Source: Candidatus Latescibacterota bacterium
Lineage (GTDB): Bacteria > Latescibacterota > UBA2968 > UBA8231
NCBI GenBank assembly: GCA_964291625.2
Contig: OZ220089.1
Span: 4,448,001 to 4,512,000 of the forward strand
DNA length: 64,000 nucleotides
Direction: 5' to 3'
Shown here: positions 9,858 through 20,900 of the stretch, piece after piece
How positions within the stretch are numbered: the stretch's first letter is position 1
Layout of the letters: every line of letters starts with the position of its first letter
Translations under genes and position numbers: made by a program
Notes under the pieces: generated by a model
Database searches by the model: none
Told to the model about the DNA's origin: nothing
The model's input: the letters and a program-made list of their open reading frames with translations, nothing else

Positions 9858-10736
9858 TCAGCGGGAGTCGGAGGCCCCGGTGGCGCGCTCGGAGAACACG
9901 GCGACTCCGAACCGCTCGGGAACGTGGAACTGGGGCTTCGGGGTCCCCGAGTCGGACCACATGGCGTACTGACCCGCCGTCCTGCCGGCGCAGCGGTTCA
10001 GGTTGAGGCGCCAGCGGTCGCCGTGGCGGGGCGGGATGCGGCCGCCGAGGTGGCGGAAGTTGTCGAAGGGGATGGCGATCTCGAGGATCCAGCCCGAGTC
10101 CTTGTCGGAATGGTCGTTGAGGGTGCCATCGATGCTGGTTGCGATGCGCACCCCCTCGCTCTGCCACCCGGCTCCCCCGGTGAGCCTCTGGCCGTCCCGC
10201 CAGAAGGTGACGTAGTCCAGCAGAGTCCCGAGCACGTTCATCTCGTAGCCGTAGTAGTTGAAGACGTCATCGGCGTTGGGGGTGGCGAAGATCTCCACCG
10301 TGTCCTCGAGGTAGGTGGCCCCGTCGTGCTCGACGATCTCGGCCCCGATGTAGGGATCTGCGCATTTGTACACGATGAAGAGGTCGGCGGAGCTCCAGAG
10401 CATGCGCGCCTCCGTGGCCTGAACGGGCTCGGCCTCGTCGTGGAGCCAGGGGACGATCAGCTCGATGGGGGCCGCGGCCTGCCAGTCTCGCTCATCGGCG
10501 CGGCCGTCGACGGTGATCCCCGAGGAGACGCGCTCGATCGTGTACGAGGGAAGCCCGGAGGGAAGCGGGAGGACCCGCCCCGGGAGGTCGGAGGCTTCCA
10601 GGCGGAGTCCGGCGCCGAGACAGAGGGCGGCGACCCAACAGGCGAGCGCAGGGCACCCCGCCCGCGCGCGGTCCTCTCCGGGAGAGCGCGGTGGCGTCCG
10701 AGTGCGGCGCGGCCACCGCCGCGGGAGCGCTCTCAT
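9858..10736 (-). CDS. CBM9-like/DOMON carbohydrate-binding protein (292 aa)
   Basis: ATG 10736 overlaps the upstream stop (ATGA); motifs ITVDGRADERDW, DTVEIF, YYGYEMN, WILEIAIPF, WRLNLNR, FHVPERFG. Confidence 0.85.
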   Translation of the reverse strand: MRALPRRWPRRTRTPPRSPGEDRARAGCPALACWVAALCLGAGLRLEASDLPGRVLPLPSGLPSYTIERVSSGITVDGRADERDWQAAAPIELIVPWLHDEAEPVQATEARMLWSSADLFIVYKCADPYIGAEIVEHDGATYLEDTVEIFATPNADDVFNYYGYEMNVLGTLLDYVTFWRDGQRLTGGAGWQSEGVRIATSIDGTLNDHSDKDSGWILEIAIPFDNFRHLGGRIPPRHGDRWRLNLNRCAGRTAGQYAMWSDSGTPKPQFHVPERFGVAVFSERATGASDSR

Positions 10737-12820
10737 GCCACCAGGCTCACGGAGCTGACGACGCCCGTCCACCCGGAGCCGTTTCGGCTGCGCACCTCCA
10801 GAGTGTTCATCCCCGGGCGCAGGGACCACTCGAAGGGGGCCGCCGTCTCCCGCCAGTGGCCACGGTCGAAGCGGGCCTCGTACGCGGCGAAGTCGGGGGT
10901 CTCGGTCTCGAGGTGCACCTGGAGGCTCATGGCGTCGGCGGTGCTCTCCACGGTCATGCGGGTCTGGTTCAGGGTGGGGTAGAAGTCCGCCCGGCGGTTG
11001 GTGTGGTGGGAGAAGTGCGGCAACGGGGGCACCTCGTCGTCCGCCCAGTTGAGGTAGCCGTCCCAGGACCAGACCTCGGTCCCCTGGCTCACCGGCAGGG
11101 GCCGCTGGCGGCTGAAGACGTCGAAGCGCGGGACCACGCGGAAGTGGCAGAAGCTGCGGAACAGGAAGAGGGCCCCGTGGTCCCCCGCGTTGCAGGGGTG
11201 CTCGTAGTCGCCGTCCCAGAAGGCGATGGGCAGGTCCTCCACGAGCTTCTCGAGATCCTGGTGAAACAGGTACGGCCGGTCCCAGCGCTCGACGCGGTCG
11301 AGGCGGTCCACGAGGGCCCGGTGGATCTCCTCCGTGTCGAGGGGAACCAGGGTCCTGCGGTCGAACCAGTAGTAGTCGCGGGTGGCGTCCAGGTGGATCC
11401 ACTTGCCGTGATCGTTGGACCAGACCTCGGCGATCTCGTGTCCCGTCATGCCCTCGCTGTGGAAGTTCAGGTGGCGGGCGGGGATGCCGAAGCTCTGCAG
11501 GGCGGCCACGAGGACCACGTTCGGGTAGAGGCACATCCGGTCCCGCCGCCGCTGCGAGTACTCGTTCATCACGATTTGGCAGTCCGGCCCCCGCTCGAGG
11601 TGGATCCAGGAGAGCACGTCCCAGGGGAAGTGGCGGCAGTCCCCGAGGGGGATGTGGTAGGCCCAGCGATGCAGCCGCTGTATCGCCTCGAACTCGGTCT
11701 GGGCGCCGGCGACGACGGCATCGAGCTCGCACGCCCGCCGCAACTGCACGAGGGGCCGGCAACGGGGGGTCTCGTGGGGCATCTCCCAGGAGGAGCGCAG
11801 GATGGCGGGGTTGCGGGCATGCGCCACGCGCAGCGCCGGCTCCGGGCCGGGCAGGACGTCCGCCTCCATCTCGACCCGGCGCAGGGCCGGGGTCACCGTG
11901 GGGTCGGCGGTCTGGAAGCGCGCCTCCCACTGCAGGTAGCGGCCCCGCAGGCCGGCCACGGGGCGGCCGGCCTCGCACGGCTGCCAGTCGCTCCAGCCCC
12001 CCGCGTCGGGACAGGGCCGGGCGCCGCTTCGACAGGCCAGGTCCAGCCCGGCCGGCCCCGGGGTGTCGGCATCCCAGGCGATGCGGACCGATTCCACCCG
12101 GTGACGGCCGCGGACCACGGCCCCGCATTCGCCGGCCGCGTCGAGAACGGGCGAGAGCAGCCTGCCCGAGGGGCGGTAGCGGTCGAGGGCGATACGCAGG
12201 ACGAGCTCGCCCCGCTCGCCGCTCCAGGTGCGGCCTCCGTCGTCGCTGCGTTCCGTGGCGTGAGGCAGGACGACGGGATCCTCCATGCCTTTGTGGAAGT
12301 CGCGGTAGTCGGCCACCATGAGCTGCCACCCGGGGCTCCCGCCGTCGCACCGAACGGTGATCTCGTTCTCCCCCGGCCGCAGGGCGCCGGCGGGGATGTC
12401 CACGTAGTACCAGCGGCTCCAGGTGAGCTCCTGGTACTGACGCGCCTCGGGAGCCGCCTCACGGGAGGGAGGCCGGCGGACCTCCCGGCCGTTGACCGAG
12501 AAGCGGAGGGTGGCCGCGTTCTCCTCGGCCTCGAGGGCGATGAAGGCGAGCTGCGCCCCGTGGCACGCGGGATCGTCCAGGTGGAGGCGCTTGCGGAACA
12601 CCGTCTCCCCCGACAACTGCGCGAAGGGCTCGATCCCCGGCTCGTCGGAGCGCCCCGAGCCGGGGGAGTCGTTCTCCGCCACCTCTCCGCGGAAGAGGTG
12701 GATCTCCTCCTCCGCGTCGCCTTTCCACAACCCGCCCGCGGACTCGGCCTCGGCGTACAGGGCCTCCGCCTCCCACGACTGCCGGATGGTCCGAAGCCCG
12801 GTGCCCGTCTCTGTGGTCAT
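10733..12820 (-). CDS. Transglutaminase-like domain protein (695 aa)
   Basis: ATG 12820 after GGAGGAGAGG; Cys-His-Asp triad context RMCLY...FGIPAR...GHEIAEVWSNDHGKWIHLDAT. Confidence 0.85.
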   Translation of the reverse strand: MTTETGTGLRTIRQSWEAEALYAEAESAGGLWKGDAEEEIHLFRGEVAENDSPGSGRSDEPGIEPFAQLSGETVFRKRLHLDDPACHGAQLAFIALEAEENAATLRFSVNGREVRRPPSREAAPEARQYQELTWSRWYYVDIPAGALRPGENEITVRCDGGSPGWQLMVADYRDFHKGMEDPVVLPHATERSDDGGRTWSGERGELVLRIALDRYRPSGRLLSPVLDAAGECGAVVRGRHRVESVRIAWDADTPGPAGLDLACRSGARPCPDAGGWSDWQPCEAGRPVAGLRGRYLQWEARFQTADPTVTPALRRVEMEADVLPGPEPALRVAHARNPAILRSSWEMPHETPRCRPLVQLRRACELDAVVAGAQTEFEAIQRLHRWAYHIPLGDCRHFPWDVLSWIHLERGPDCQIVMNEYSQRRRDRMCLYPNVVLVAALQSFGIPARHLNFHSEGMTGHEIAEVWSNDHGKWIHLDATRDYYWFDRRTLVPLDTEEIHRALVDRLDRVERWDRPYLFHQDLEKLVEDLPIAFWDGDYEHPCNAGDHGALFLFRSFCHFRVVPRFDVFSRQRPLPVSQGTEVWSWDGYLNWADDEVPPLPHFSHHTNRRADFYPTLNQTRMTVESTADAMSLQVHLETETPDFAAYEARFDRGHWRETAAPFEWSLRPGMNTLEVRSRNGSGWTGVVSSVSLVA

Positions 12821-12890
12821 CCTCTCCTCCCCGTGCTTGTCACCCGGTGGCGCCGCCACTATCTCAACTCCGGAAGACGGGCCGAAACCT

Positions 12891-14840
12891 ATGTCGACCA
12901 CGACCCCCCACGCCACCCGCCAGTCCGGCATCACCCTCCGCTCCCTGCTGGTGGGCTCGCTGATGACCGCGTGCATCGGTATCGGCGCCCCTTACAGCAA
13001 CATGATCCTCCGGGGCTCCAACTTCGCCCTCGATTTCAGCACCGCCGGAGCGATCTTCCTGTTCTTCGTGTTCGTCCTCGGGGTGCAGACGCTCCTGCGC
13101 CTCGTCCATCCCGCCCTCGGACTGCGGCGGGAGGAGCTCGTCGTCGTCTACGTGATGGCCATGGTGGGCTGCGCCATCCCGAGCATGGGGCTCACCGAGT
13201 ACCTGCTGCCGATCACGGCGGGGGCCGTCTACTACGCCACCCCGGAGAACGACTGGGCCACCGTCGTCCACCCCTTCATCCGCGACGGGCTGGTCCCGGA
13301 GCCGCGGGCGGCGAAGGACTTCTACGAAGGTCTCCCGGAGGGCGCCTCCGTGCCGTGGGAGGCGTGGGTCGTGCCGCTGGCCTGGTGGATCCCGCTGATC
13401 CTGGCCGTGTACCTGGCCATGATCTGCATCGTCGTCGTCCTGCGGCGCCCGTGGATCGAGACCGAGCGCCTGAACTTCCCCCTCGTGCAGGTGCCGAGCG
13501 CCATGATCGAGGAGGGGCCCCGTCCGGGCGCCTTGAACCCGTTCTTCCGCAACCCGGTCATGTGGGCCGGCTTCGCCGTTCCCTTCGTCATCGGCTGCGT
13601 CAAGGCCCTGCACAACTACTACGACTTCATCCCCGACATCGTCCTCGACACGACGGTGCCCCTGTTCCGGGGGACGACGCAGCAGAAGATCGCCCTGAGC
13701 TTTCCCATGGTCGGCTTCGCCTACCTGGTGAACCTCGACATCGCCTTCAGCATCTGGTTCTTCAACCTCGTGGGCCGCCTGCAGGAGGGGACCTTCGGCA
13801 TCCTCGGCGTGGCCAGCACCGAGCGCCTCAACTTCGCCTCCTTCCCGGTCTTCGCCCACCAGGGAATGGGCGCGATGATCGTCCTCGTCCTCCTCGGTCT
13901 GTGGACGGCGCGGGGGCACATCCGCCGGGTGGTGCGCAAGGCCCTGCGCGGTGATCCGGAGGTCGACGACAGCGACGAGATCCTCTCCTACCGCACCGCC
14001 GTCCTGGGACTGCTGGCCAGCGCCCTCTTCGTCGGCGCCTGGCTCTGGCGCGCCGGCATGGCCCTGTGGGTCGTGCCGATCTACCTCTTCGCCATGTTCC
14101 TGCTCTTCGCCGGCATCACCCGGGTCGTGGCCGAGGGAGGGGTCGCCGCCACCCGGGCGCCGCTCATCGCCTCCGACTTCGTCACCTCCGGCTTCGGCAG
14201 CGCCGTCCTCGGGGCCCAGACGCTCACCGCCATGGGCTTCACCTACGTGTGGGCCGCCGACATCCGCACCTTCGTCATGGCCTCCTGCGCCAACGGACTC
14301 AAGCTCGCCCAGGAACACCTCGGCCGGCGCCGGCGGGGCCTGTTCTGGGCGATGGTCCTGGCCATCGGCCTGAGCCTGGTCTCGTCGATCTGGGCGGTCA
14401 TGTACTGGAGCTATACCCACGGAGGGGTAAACCTGGAGCCCTGGTTCTTCCTCAGCGGGCCCCAGGTGCCGTTCAACTTCGTCGCCCGCGAGGCGGCCGC
14501 CCCGGACGGGCCGGACCTGGTGGGGTGGATCTCGACCGGCGTCGGCGGCGCGGTCATGGCCGTCCTCATGCTGGCGCGCCAGCACTTCTTCTGGTGGCCC
14601 CTGCACCCGCTGGGGTACGCGGTCAGCGCCAGCACCTACCTGACGAACCACATCTCCTTCAGCGTCTTCCTGGCGTGGCTCCTCAAGGCGGTGATCCTCA
14701 AGTACGGCGGCCCCACCCTCTACCGCGCCGCTCGGCCCTTCTTCCTCGGCCTCATCGCCGGGCAGTTCACGGTGGCCGGCCTGTGGCTGGTGATCGACCA
14801 CTTCACCGGCATGAGCGGCAACAGCATCTACTGGGTCTGA
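12891..14840 (+). CDS. DUF6785/DUF6784-type multi-pass membrane protein (putative transporter), copy 1
   Basis: About 649 aa, many TM segments; motifs YYATPENDW, ERLNFPL, WWPLHPLG, KYGG..LY...PFFLG. Confidence 0.85.
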   Translation: MSTTTPHATRQSGITLRSLLVGSLMTACIGIGAPYSNMILRGSNFALDFSTAGAIFLFFVFVLGVQTLLRLVHPALGLRREELVVVYVMAMVGCAIPSMGLTEYLLPITAGAVYYATPENDWATVVHPFIRDGLVPEPRAAKDFYEGLPEGASVPWEAWVVPLAWWIPLILAVYLAMICIVVVLRRPWIETERLNFPLVQVPSAMIEEGPRPGALNPFFRNPVMWAGFAVPFVIGCVKALHNYYDFIPDIVLDTTVPLFRGTTQQKIALSFPMVGFAYLVNLDIAFSIWFFNLVGRLQEGTFGILGVASTERLNFASFPVFAHQGMGAMIVLVLLGLWTARGHIRRVVRKALRGDPEVDDSDEILSYRTAVLGLLASALFVGAWLWRAGMALWVVPIYLFAMFLLFAGITRVVAEGGVAATRAPLIASDFVTSGFGSAVLGAQTLTAMGFTYVWAADIRTFVMASCANGLKLAQEHLGRRRRGLFWAMVLAIGLSLVSSIWAVMYWSYTHGGVNLEPWFFLSGPQVPFNFVAREAAAPDGPDLVGWISTGVGGAVMAVLMLARQHFFWWPLHPLGYAVSASTYLTNHISFSVFLAWLLKAVILKYGGPTLYRAARPFFLGLIAGQFTVAGLWLVIDHFTGMSGNSIYWV

Positions 14841-17800
14841 CCGTCCGGGGCGGCGCGGCGGACCTCGCCGATGGCGGCGGCGGCCCGCTGGTGCCCGGGG
14901 TCCAGGCGCAGGACCGTCTCCCACTCGGCCACCGCCTCCCGCAGGCGCCCCTGCCGGGCGTAGACCTGGCCGAGGGCCTCGTGGAGGTCGATCGAGTCCG
15001 GAGCTCTCTCCAGGCCCTGGCGGAAGGCCTCGGCCGCGGCCTCGAAGCGGCCGGCCATGGCGTGGGCCATGCCGAGGTTGCCGTAGACGAGGGGCCGCTC
15101 CGGGTCGAGGGCGAGGGCGCGCTGGTAGGCCTCCACCGCCAGGTCGTAGCGGCCCGCCCCGTGGTAGGCGGTGCCGAGATCGACGTGCGCATCCAGCAGC
15201 TCCGGGTCCAGCTCGCAGGCCCGCTCCAGGGACCGGACGGCCTGGGGCAGCCGGCCCCGGGCCTGCAGCACCCGCCCGATGGCGTGGTGGGCGGCGGCGA
15301 ATCCGGGATCGAGCTCCAGGATCTGCTGAAATACCTCCAGGGCCTCCGGGACGCGCCCCTGCTCGAGGTAGACGAGCCCGAGAAGCTGGCGCGCATGGGG
15401 GCTGTCCGGATAGTCGCCGACCTTGCGCTCGTAGAGCTCGGCGCGGTCTTGCAGGGGGCGCAGGCGGGCGAAGATCCGGCGCTCCCGGCCGCTCTCTCCG
15501 GGGCGGCCCTGGCGGTCGTACAACCGGGCCAGGTGGAGACGGGGCCCGGGGCTCCAGGGGGCCGCCCGCACCGCCTGGCGGAAGGCGGTCTCGGCGTCGT
15601 CCGTCCGTCCGGCCCGGAGATAGGCCAGACCGAGCCAGTCGGCGTATTCCCAGGAGCCCGGGGAAAGGCGCAGGGCCGCCTCCAGGGCGGCGACGGCCTC
15701 GGGCAGCCGGCCCTGGTTCAGGTAGAGCTTGCCGAGGACGTGCCGGGCGCCGGCGTTGCCGGAGTCCCGCGACACGGCCTTCTCCAGGACCCTTCGGGCT
15801 TCCTCCTCCTCGCCGAGCCCCGAAGCCAGCACCAGTCCCAGGTTGACGTAGGAACCGATCTCTTCCGGGTCGAGCTCGATCGCCCGCTCGAGGGCGGTCC
15901 TCGCCTCGGCGTAGCGGCCCCGGCGGTAGAGGTCCTCCCCGGTCTCGCGGTAGCGGTCGGCGCTCCAGTCCTCTCCCCCCGGGTCGGGTGAGGCGGCCGG
16001 CGCAGGAGTGGGCCTGGTCCGGCGAAGAGCCGCAGGGGCCGCGCCTGCCGGCGCGGGGGCGGCGTAGGCGGGCTCCAGCCGTCCCTCGCCTTCGCGCAGA
16101 CGCCAGTACCGGTTCACCGACTCCGGGACCACCCTCTCGCGGGACCCGGAGGGCCAGGAGACGACGAGGCTGTCCACCGCGGACTCCGGCCCGAGTCCGA
16201 AGACCAGGCGGGGGTCGTGGCTGGACTGGAAGCCGTAGCCCCGCTGCACCTCCCGCAGTTGCCGGTGGCCCGCGGACCACAGCTCCACCCGGGCGCCGGT
16301 CGCCTCGGGGTCGCCCTCTCCGGCGGCCAGCTCCAGTCCGATCCAGCGGTTGCCGCCGCGGCCGTCGTTGCGCAGCAGGGCGGGCCGGTCGTTGAGGTTG
16401 ACGAGGAGGATGTCCGGGTCGCCGTCGTCGTCGTAGTCGGCCACCGCGGCGGCCCGGCTGACGCCTTCGGCCCGCCAGTCCCCTCCGGCCTCGGCGCCGA
16501 CCTCTTCGAAGCGGCCGCCGAGGTTGCGGTAGAGGAGGTTGCGCTGGGCGTAACGGAGTCCGGAGGGCAGCTCCCGCAGCTGTGGGTAGACGTGGCCGTT
16601 GGCGACGAACAGGTCCAGCCAGCCGTCGTTGTCGAAGTCGAGAAAGGCGGTGCTCCACCCCAGGAAGGGCTGCACCACCCCGCCGAGTCCGGCGGCATGG
16701 GTAGCGTCGGCGAAGGTGCCGTCCCCGCGGTTGGCGTAGAGGGTGTTGAAGTCGTCGGAGAAGTTGGTGACGAAGAGGTCGAGGTCGCCGTCGCGGTCGT
16801 AGTCCCCCGAGTGGACGCCCATGCCCGCCTGGGCGCGGCCGTCCTCGCTGTAGGCCAGCCCCGCGGCGGTGCCGACTTCGCGGAAGCGGAAGCCGCCGTC
16901 GTTGAGGAACAGCAGATTCGCCTCGGAGTCGTTGGCCACGTAGATGTCGGGGTCGCCGTCGCCGTCGAGATCGGAGAGCACCACCCCGAGTCCCGGCAGG
17001 CGGTGGCGGGAGATCCCGGCCGGGTCCCCGGCCTCCGAGAAGCGGCCGCCGCCGAGATTGCGGTAGAGGCGGTCGGCCTGGCCGGGGATTCCCTCGGGCC
17101 CGCAGTAGCTGCTCAGACCCTTGTACCGGCACCCGAGCCAGCCGCCGGGGGGATCGTCGAGATCGAACTCCACGTAGTTGGCCACGTACAGGTCCAGAAG
17201 CCCGTCGCCGTCGAGATCCCCGAAGGCGGCGCTCGAGCCCCAGCCGCCGTCGTCCACCCCCGCCGGCCGCCCGGCCTCGGAGAAGGACTCTCCGCCGCGG
17301 TTGAGGTACAGGCGGTTGGCGCCCCAGTAGGTGACGTAGAGATCGGGGTCGCCGTCGTTGTCGGCGTCGCCCACGGCGCAGCCCATGCCCCAGCCGGTGT
17401 GAGCGAGCCCGAGCTCCGCCGTCGCTTCCTCGAAGAGCGGGGCGGCCCCCGGTCCGCGGTGGCGGTAGAAGCGGTTGCCGGCGGCGGCGGGAGGGTCCCG
17501 GAGGCGGGTGCCGTTCACCAGGTAGAGGTCCTGGTCGCCGTCGCCCTCGACATCGAGGAAGGCCGCCCCGGCGGAGATCGTCTCGAGGATGTAGCCCTGC
17601 TCGGGGCTTCCGGAGACGTTCTCGTAGTCGATGCCGCTCTCCCGGGCCACTTCGACGAAGTACACCTCTGGCTCGCCGGCCCCGGCCGTGGGGACGGAGG
17701 CCGCGGCCTCGACCGCCGGTGGATCCCCGGGCCCCCGGGCGGCGGCCTCGCTCTCCTCCGGCGGGTCGGCGGCGGCCGGAGCGGTGAGCGGCGGGTCGGC

Positions 17801-17986
17801 AGGCGGAGCCGCCGGGTGGCTCTCCGGGCTCCGGGGGGCGGGCTCGGGATCGGGGGCGCAGGCGACGGCGAGGAAGGGCAGGAGAACCGCGGTCCTCCAT
17901 CCGGTTCGCCGGGACCGGGCCGCGCCGTTACCGTTGACCCCGGGGGCGCCGGCGAGGTCCGCCGATGGAGTGCCGCGAATGAGCAT
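14828..17986 (-). CDS. CRTAC1-like FG-GAP/ASPIC-UnbV lipoprotein with C-terminal TPR repeats
   Basis: Lipobox LAVAC; repeated DxDxDGDxDLYV motifs; GYGFQSSHDPRLVFGLG (UnbV); many TPR units. Start codon uncertain. Confidence 0.88.
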   Translation of the reverse strand: MLIRGTPSADLAGAPGVNGNGAARSRRTGWRTAVLLPFLAVACAPDPEPAPRSPESHPAAPPADPPLTAPAAADPPEESEAAARGPGDPPAVEAAASVPTAGAGEPEVYFVEVARESGIDYENVSGSPEQGYILETISAGAAFLDVEGDGDQDLYLVNGTRLRDPPAAAGNRFYRHRGPGAAPLFEEATAELGLAHTGWGMGCAVGDADNDGDPDLYVTYWGANRLYLNRGGESFSEAGRPAGVDDGGWGSSAAFGDLDGDGLLDLYVANYVEFDLDDPPGGWLGCRYKGLSSYCGPEGIPGQADRLYRNLGGGRFSEAGDPAGISRHRLPGLGVVLSDLDGDGDPDIYVANDSEANLLFLNDGGFRFREVGTAAGLAYSEDGRAQAGMGVHSGDYDRDGDLDLFVTNFSDDFNTLYANRGDGTFADATHAAGLGGVVQPFLGWSTAFLDFDNDGWLDLFVANGHVYPQLRELPSGLRYAQRNLLYRNLGGRFEEVGAEAGGDWRAEGVSRAAAVADYDDDGDPDILLVNLNDRPALLRNDGRGGNRWIGLELAAGEGDPEATGARVELWSAGHRQLREVQRGYGFQSSHDPRLVFGLGPESAVDSLVVSWPSGSRERVVPESVNRYWRLREGEGRLEPAYAAPAPAGAAPAALRRTRPTPAPAASPDPGGEDWSADRYRETGEDLYRRGRYAEARTALERAIELDPEEIGSYVNLGLVLASGLGEEEEARRVLEKAVSRDSGNAGARHVLGKLYLNQGRLPEAVAALEAALRLSPGSWEYADWLGLAYLRAGRTDDAETAFRQAVRAAPWSPGPRLHLARLYDRQGRPGESGRERRIFARLRPLQDRAELYERKVGDYPDSPHARQLLGLVYLEQGRVPEALEVFQQILELDPGFAAAHHAIGRVLQARGRLPQAVRSLERACELDPELLDAHVDLGTAYHGAGRYDLAVEAYQRALALDPERPLVYGNLGMAHAMAGRFEAAAEAFRQGLERAPDSIDLHEALGQVYARQGRLREAVAEWETVLRLDPGHQRAAAAIGEVRRAAPDGQTQ

Positions 17987-20900
17987 GGCGCAGCGAGCCG
18001 TGGATACGTCTCTCAGCAGGGGAGCAGGGACCGTCGATTGCCGCGGGAGTGGTGACTGCAAGTTCCGCCGCCCGGGACCGGTCTGTCAACGCCGGCTCGA
18101 CGGCCTGCGCCCGGGCCCTGCCGGGACCAGGAGGCGGCCCCCGGGGGCCGCCGGCCGGGGGCGCGGCGGAACACCCTCGCCCCGCGCGGGCCCGCCCTGG
18201 CTCCTCGCGCTCCTGGCGGCGGCCGGCCTGCTGTGGGCCCACGGCGCCGGCGCCTCCGAGCGCCGGGTCCTGGAGAACGAGCGCGCCCGGGTGACCCTCG
18301 CCCCCCGGGAGGGAGCGGCCATCGTCCAGTACCTGGACCGCCGCAGCGGCGTCGAGTACTCCACCGCCGGGGCCCGGCCCCCCGGTCCCGGCCTGCGCGA
18401 CCTCACCCTCGGAGTCGACGGGGTCGCCCATCGCCTCGAGGCCCGCGACGGCGCCGGGTACAAGGGCGTCGTGGCCCGCGCCACGGCTCCGGGAACACTG
18501 CAGGAGGGGGGTCGGATCGTCGGTCTGTCGGCGTCCTCCCGCGTCTCCGTGGAGCGGGAGATGCGCCTGGCCGACGGCAGCACCCGCCTCACCGTGGTGC
18601 TGCGCTACACCAACATCGGGGAGGAGGCGGTTCCCCTGTGGATCCGCTGGCATCCCTACCTGATGCTGGACGATCCCTACGGCGAGCACTCGGTCATCGT
18701 CGCTCCGGGCCCCGGGCGGGGGCAGATGCGCCGCATCCGCGTGGGACTGGGGCGCGACACCCACTTCCTCGACGTGCCCGGCTACTGGATGGCCATCAAT
18801 CCGCGCACCGGCCACGGCGTGTGGATGACCTTCCGGGAGGCAGACGCGCAAGTCTGCGCCACCTGGACCGACTACCACCGCGAGAAGCGTCCGGAGCGCG
18901 GCTGGTTCACCGTGGAGCCGCGCCGGGCCAAGCAGCTCCTGGGGCCCGGCGAGCGGGTGGAGATGCACCTGACCTACCAGCCCTTCGCGCCGGGGGACCG
19001 TCTCCATCCCGGGTTCGTCGAGCCGGAGGAGCGCTCCGCGGCGCAGCGCTTCGCGCGCCTTGTGCGTGAGAACGCCGCCGTCATCGCCGCACACACGATG
19101 GTGCCCTGGCCCAACGAGGGCCACAGCGCCGCCGCGCAGAACCGCTTCTACTTCAACAATCTGCGCCGCGACCGCTTCGGTCTGGCCGACGCCGGCATCG
19201 CCGACGCCCTCATGGCGGTCCCCGGGATCCAGTCGATCCCTCTGAGGATGCGGCACTACGCGCGCCTCTTCGACAGCTGCTACGACCGCACGCCGGTCCG
19301 CTTCCGGATGGCGGTGACGGACGCGCTCGGCCGAATCGTGCTCCGGGAGGCCTGGACGTACGACCTGAAGCCGATGGAGACCCGCACCCTCGACCGCCGC
19401 GTGGAGCTCGACCTCGGAGAGCTCGAGGACGGCCGCTACACCTTCCGTCTCGACGTCGATCTGGGAGAGGAGGAAGCCCTCCACTCCTACGAGGAGGAAC
19501 GCGTCCTCGCCGGCCGCGCCCGGGGCCGCGCCGCGGAGGCCAGGCGCTCGGCCGGGTCCCTCGTCGAGAGGGAGCGCCCCTTCGTCACCGCCCTGCGCCA
19601 GGTGGAGCTCCCCGGCGGCGGCCGGGTGCCCATCGGCGTCGAGGAAGCGGCCGGACTGACACGCGTCGACTGGCCCATGCGGGTGGGGGTTCCCTTTGCC
19701 CGGGGAGCGTTCCGCGTGGGCGCGGGGATCGCCCTGAGCGACGCCCTCGGACGGCGGCTCGACACGCAGACGAAGGTCATGGGCACCTGGCCGGACGGCA
19801 GCGTGCGCTGGCTCCTCGTCGACTTCCAGAGCGACGTCGTCGGCGGCGGGCACACCTTCCTCGCCCTCGACCCGTCCGACGACCGGACCCGGGGGCCGGC
19901 CATGGCCGGACGCCGGGGGGACGGTGTCGCCGTCGACGTGGGCACCCGCGTCTGGGTCTTCGGGGCCGACGGCACCATCGAGGGCCTCCTGCAGCCGGGG
20001 GACCTGTGGTGGAGGACCGGGGAAGGGCGCACCTACCGGTTTTCGGTCGCCGGTCCGGAGGCCGGGGTCCGCATCGTGGAGAACGGGCCCCTCCGCTGCC
20101 GGGTCCGGGTCACCGGCTGGTACCACCCCGCCAAGGGGGAAGGGGACCCGGTGGCGCGCGGCGAGCTCGATGCCGAGTTCTACCGCGGCAGTCCCTTCTT
20201 CCGCCTGTACCACACCTGGACCTACACGGGGGATCCGTGGGAGGACACCCTCGGCGGCGCCGGGATCCGCTTCCGTCCGGAGGGCCCCTTCTGGAAGGAG
20301 GCGGCCGTCGACCTCGACGGCGAGGAGGTGTCCAGCGACAGCCTGGTGGTGGTCCGGCAGCTCGACGACGAGCACGCCGAGGCGGCGACGGCGCGGCTGA
20401 GCCGGCAGGGCTCGCGGTCCACCGGCACCGTGAGGATGCGCCGCAAGGAGCGCGATCTCGTCATCCATCACCGGGACTTCTGGCGGCTCTTCCCCAAGCG
20501 CGTCGAGGCCTCCGTGGAGGAGGGCACGGTGACCTTCCACTACTGGCCGGAGGAGCGGGGGGCCATGGACTGGCGCCCGCGGGAGGACGGCATGCTGACC
20601 TCCAGCAGCGCTCCCACCTGGTCCCTGGCGGCCGGGGTCTCCCGCACCCACGAGTTCATCATCGACCCCGCGGCGTGGTTCGAGCTACCCCTGTACGAGC
20701 GGATCTTCGGCGAGCCCGTGGTCTGCGCCGTGCCCCCGCGGTACCTGACGGCCACCGGGGCGCTGATGCACCTGCAGCCCTACGACCCGGAGGTCTGCCC
20801 CGATCTCGAGGCCCTGGTGGAGGAGGCGCTGGAGAGCTACCTGCTCAACCAGCGCGTCTATCGCTGGTACGGCCAGTGGGTGTGGGGATCGCTGCCGGCG

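Noticed and set aside
16380-17560. Repeated GACGGCGACGGCGAC-type DNA motifs
   Set aside because: Explained by FG-GAP DxDxDG protein repeats.
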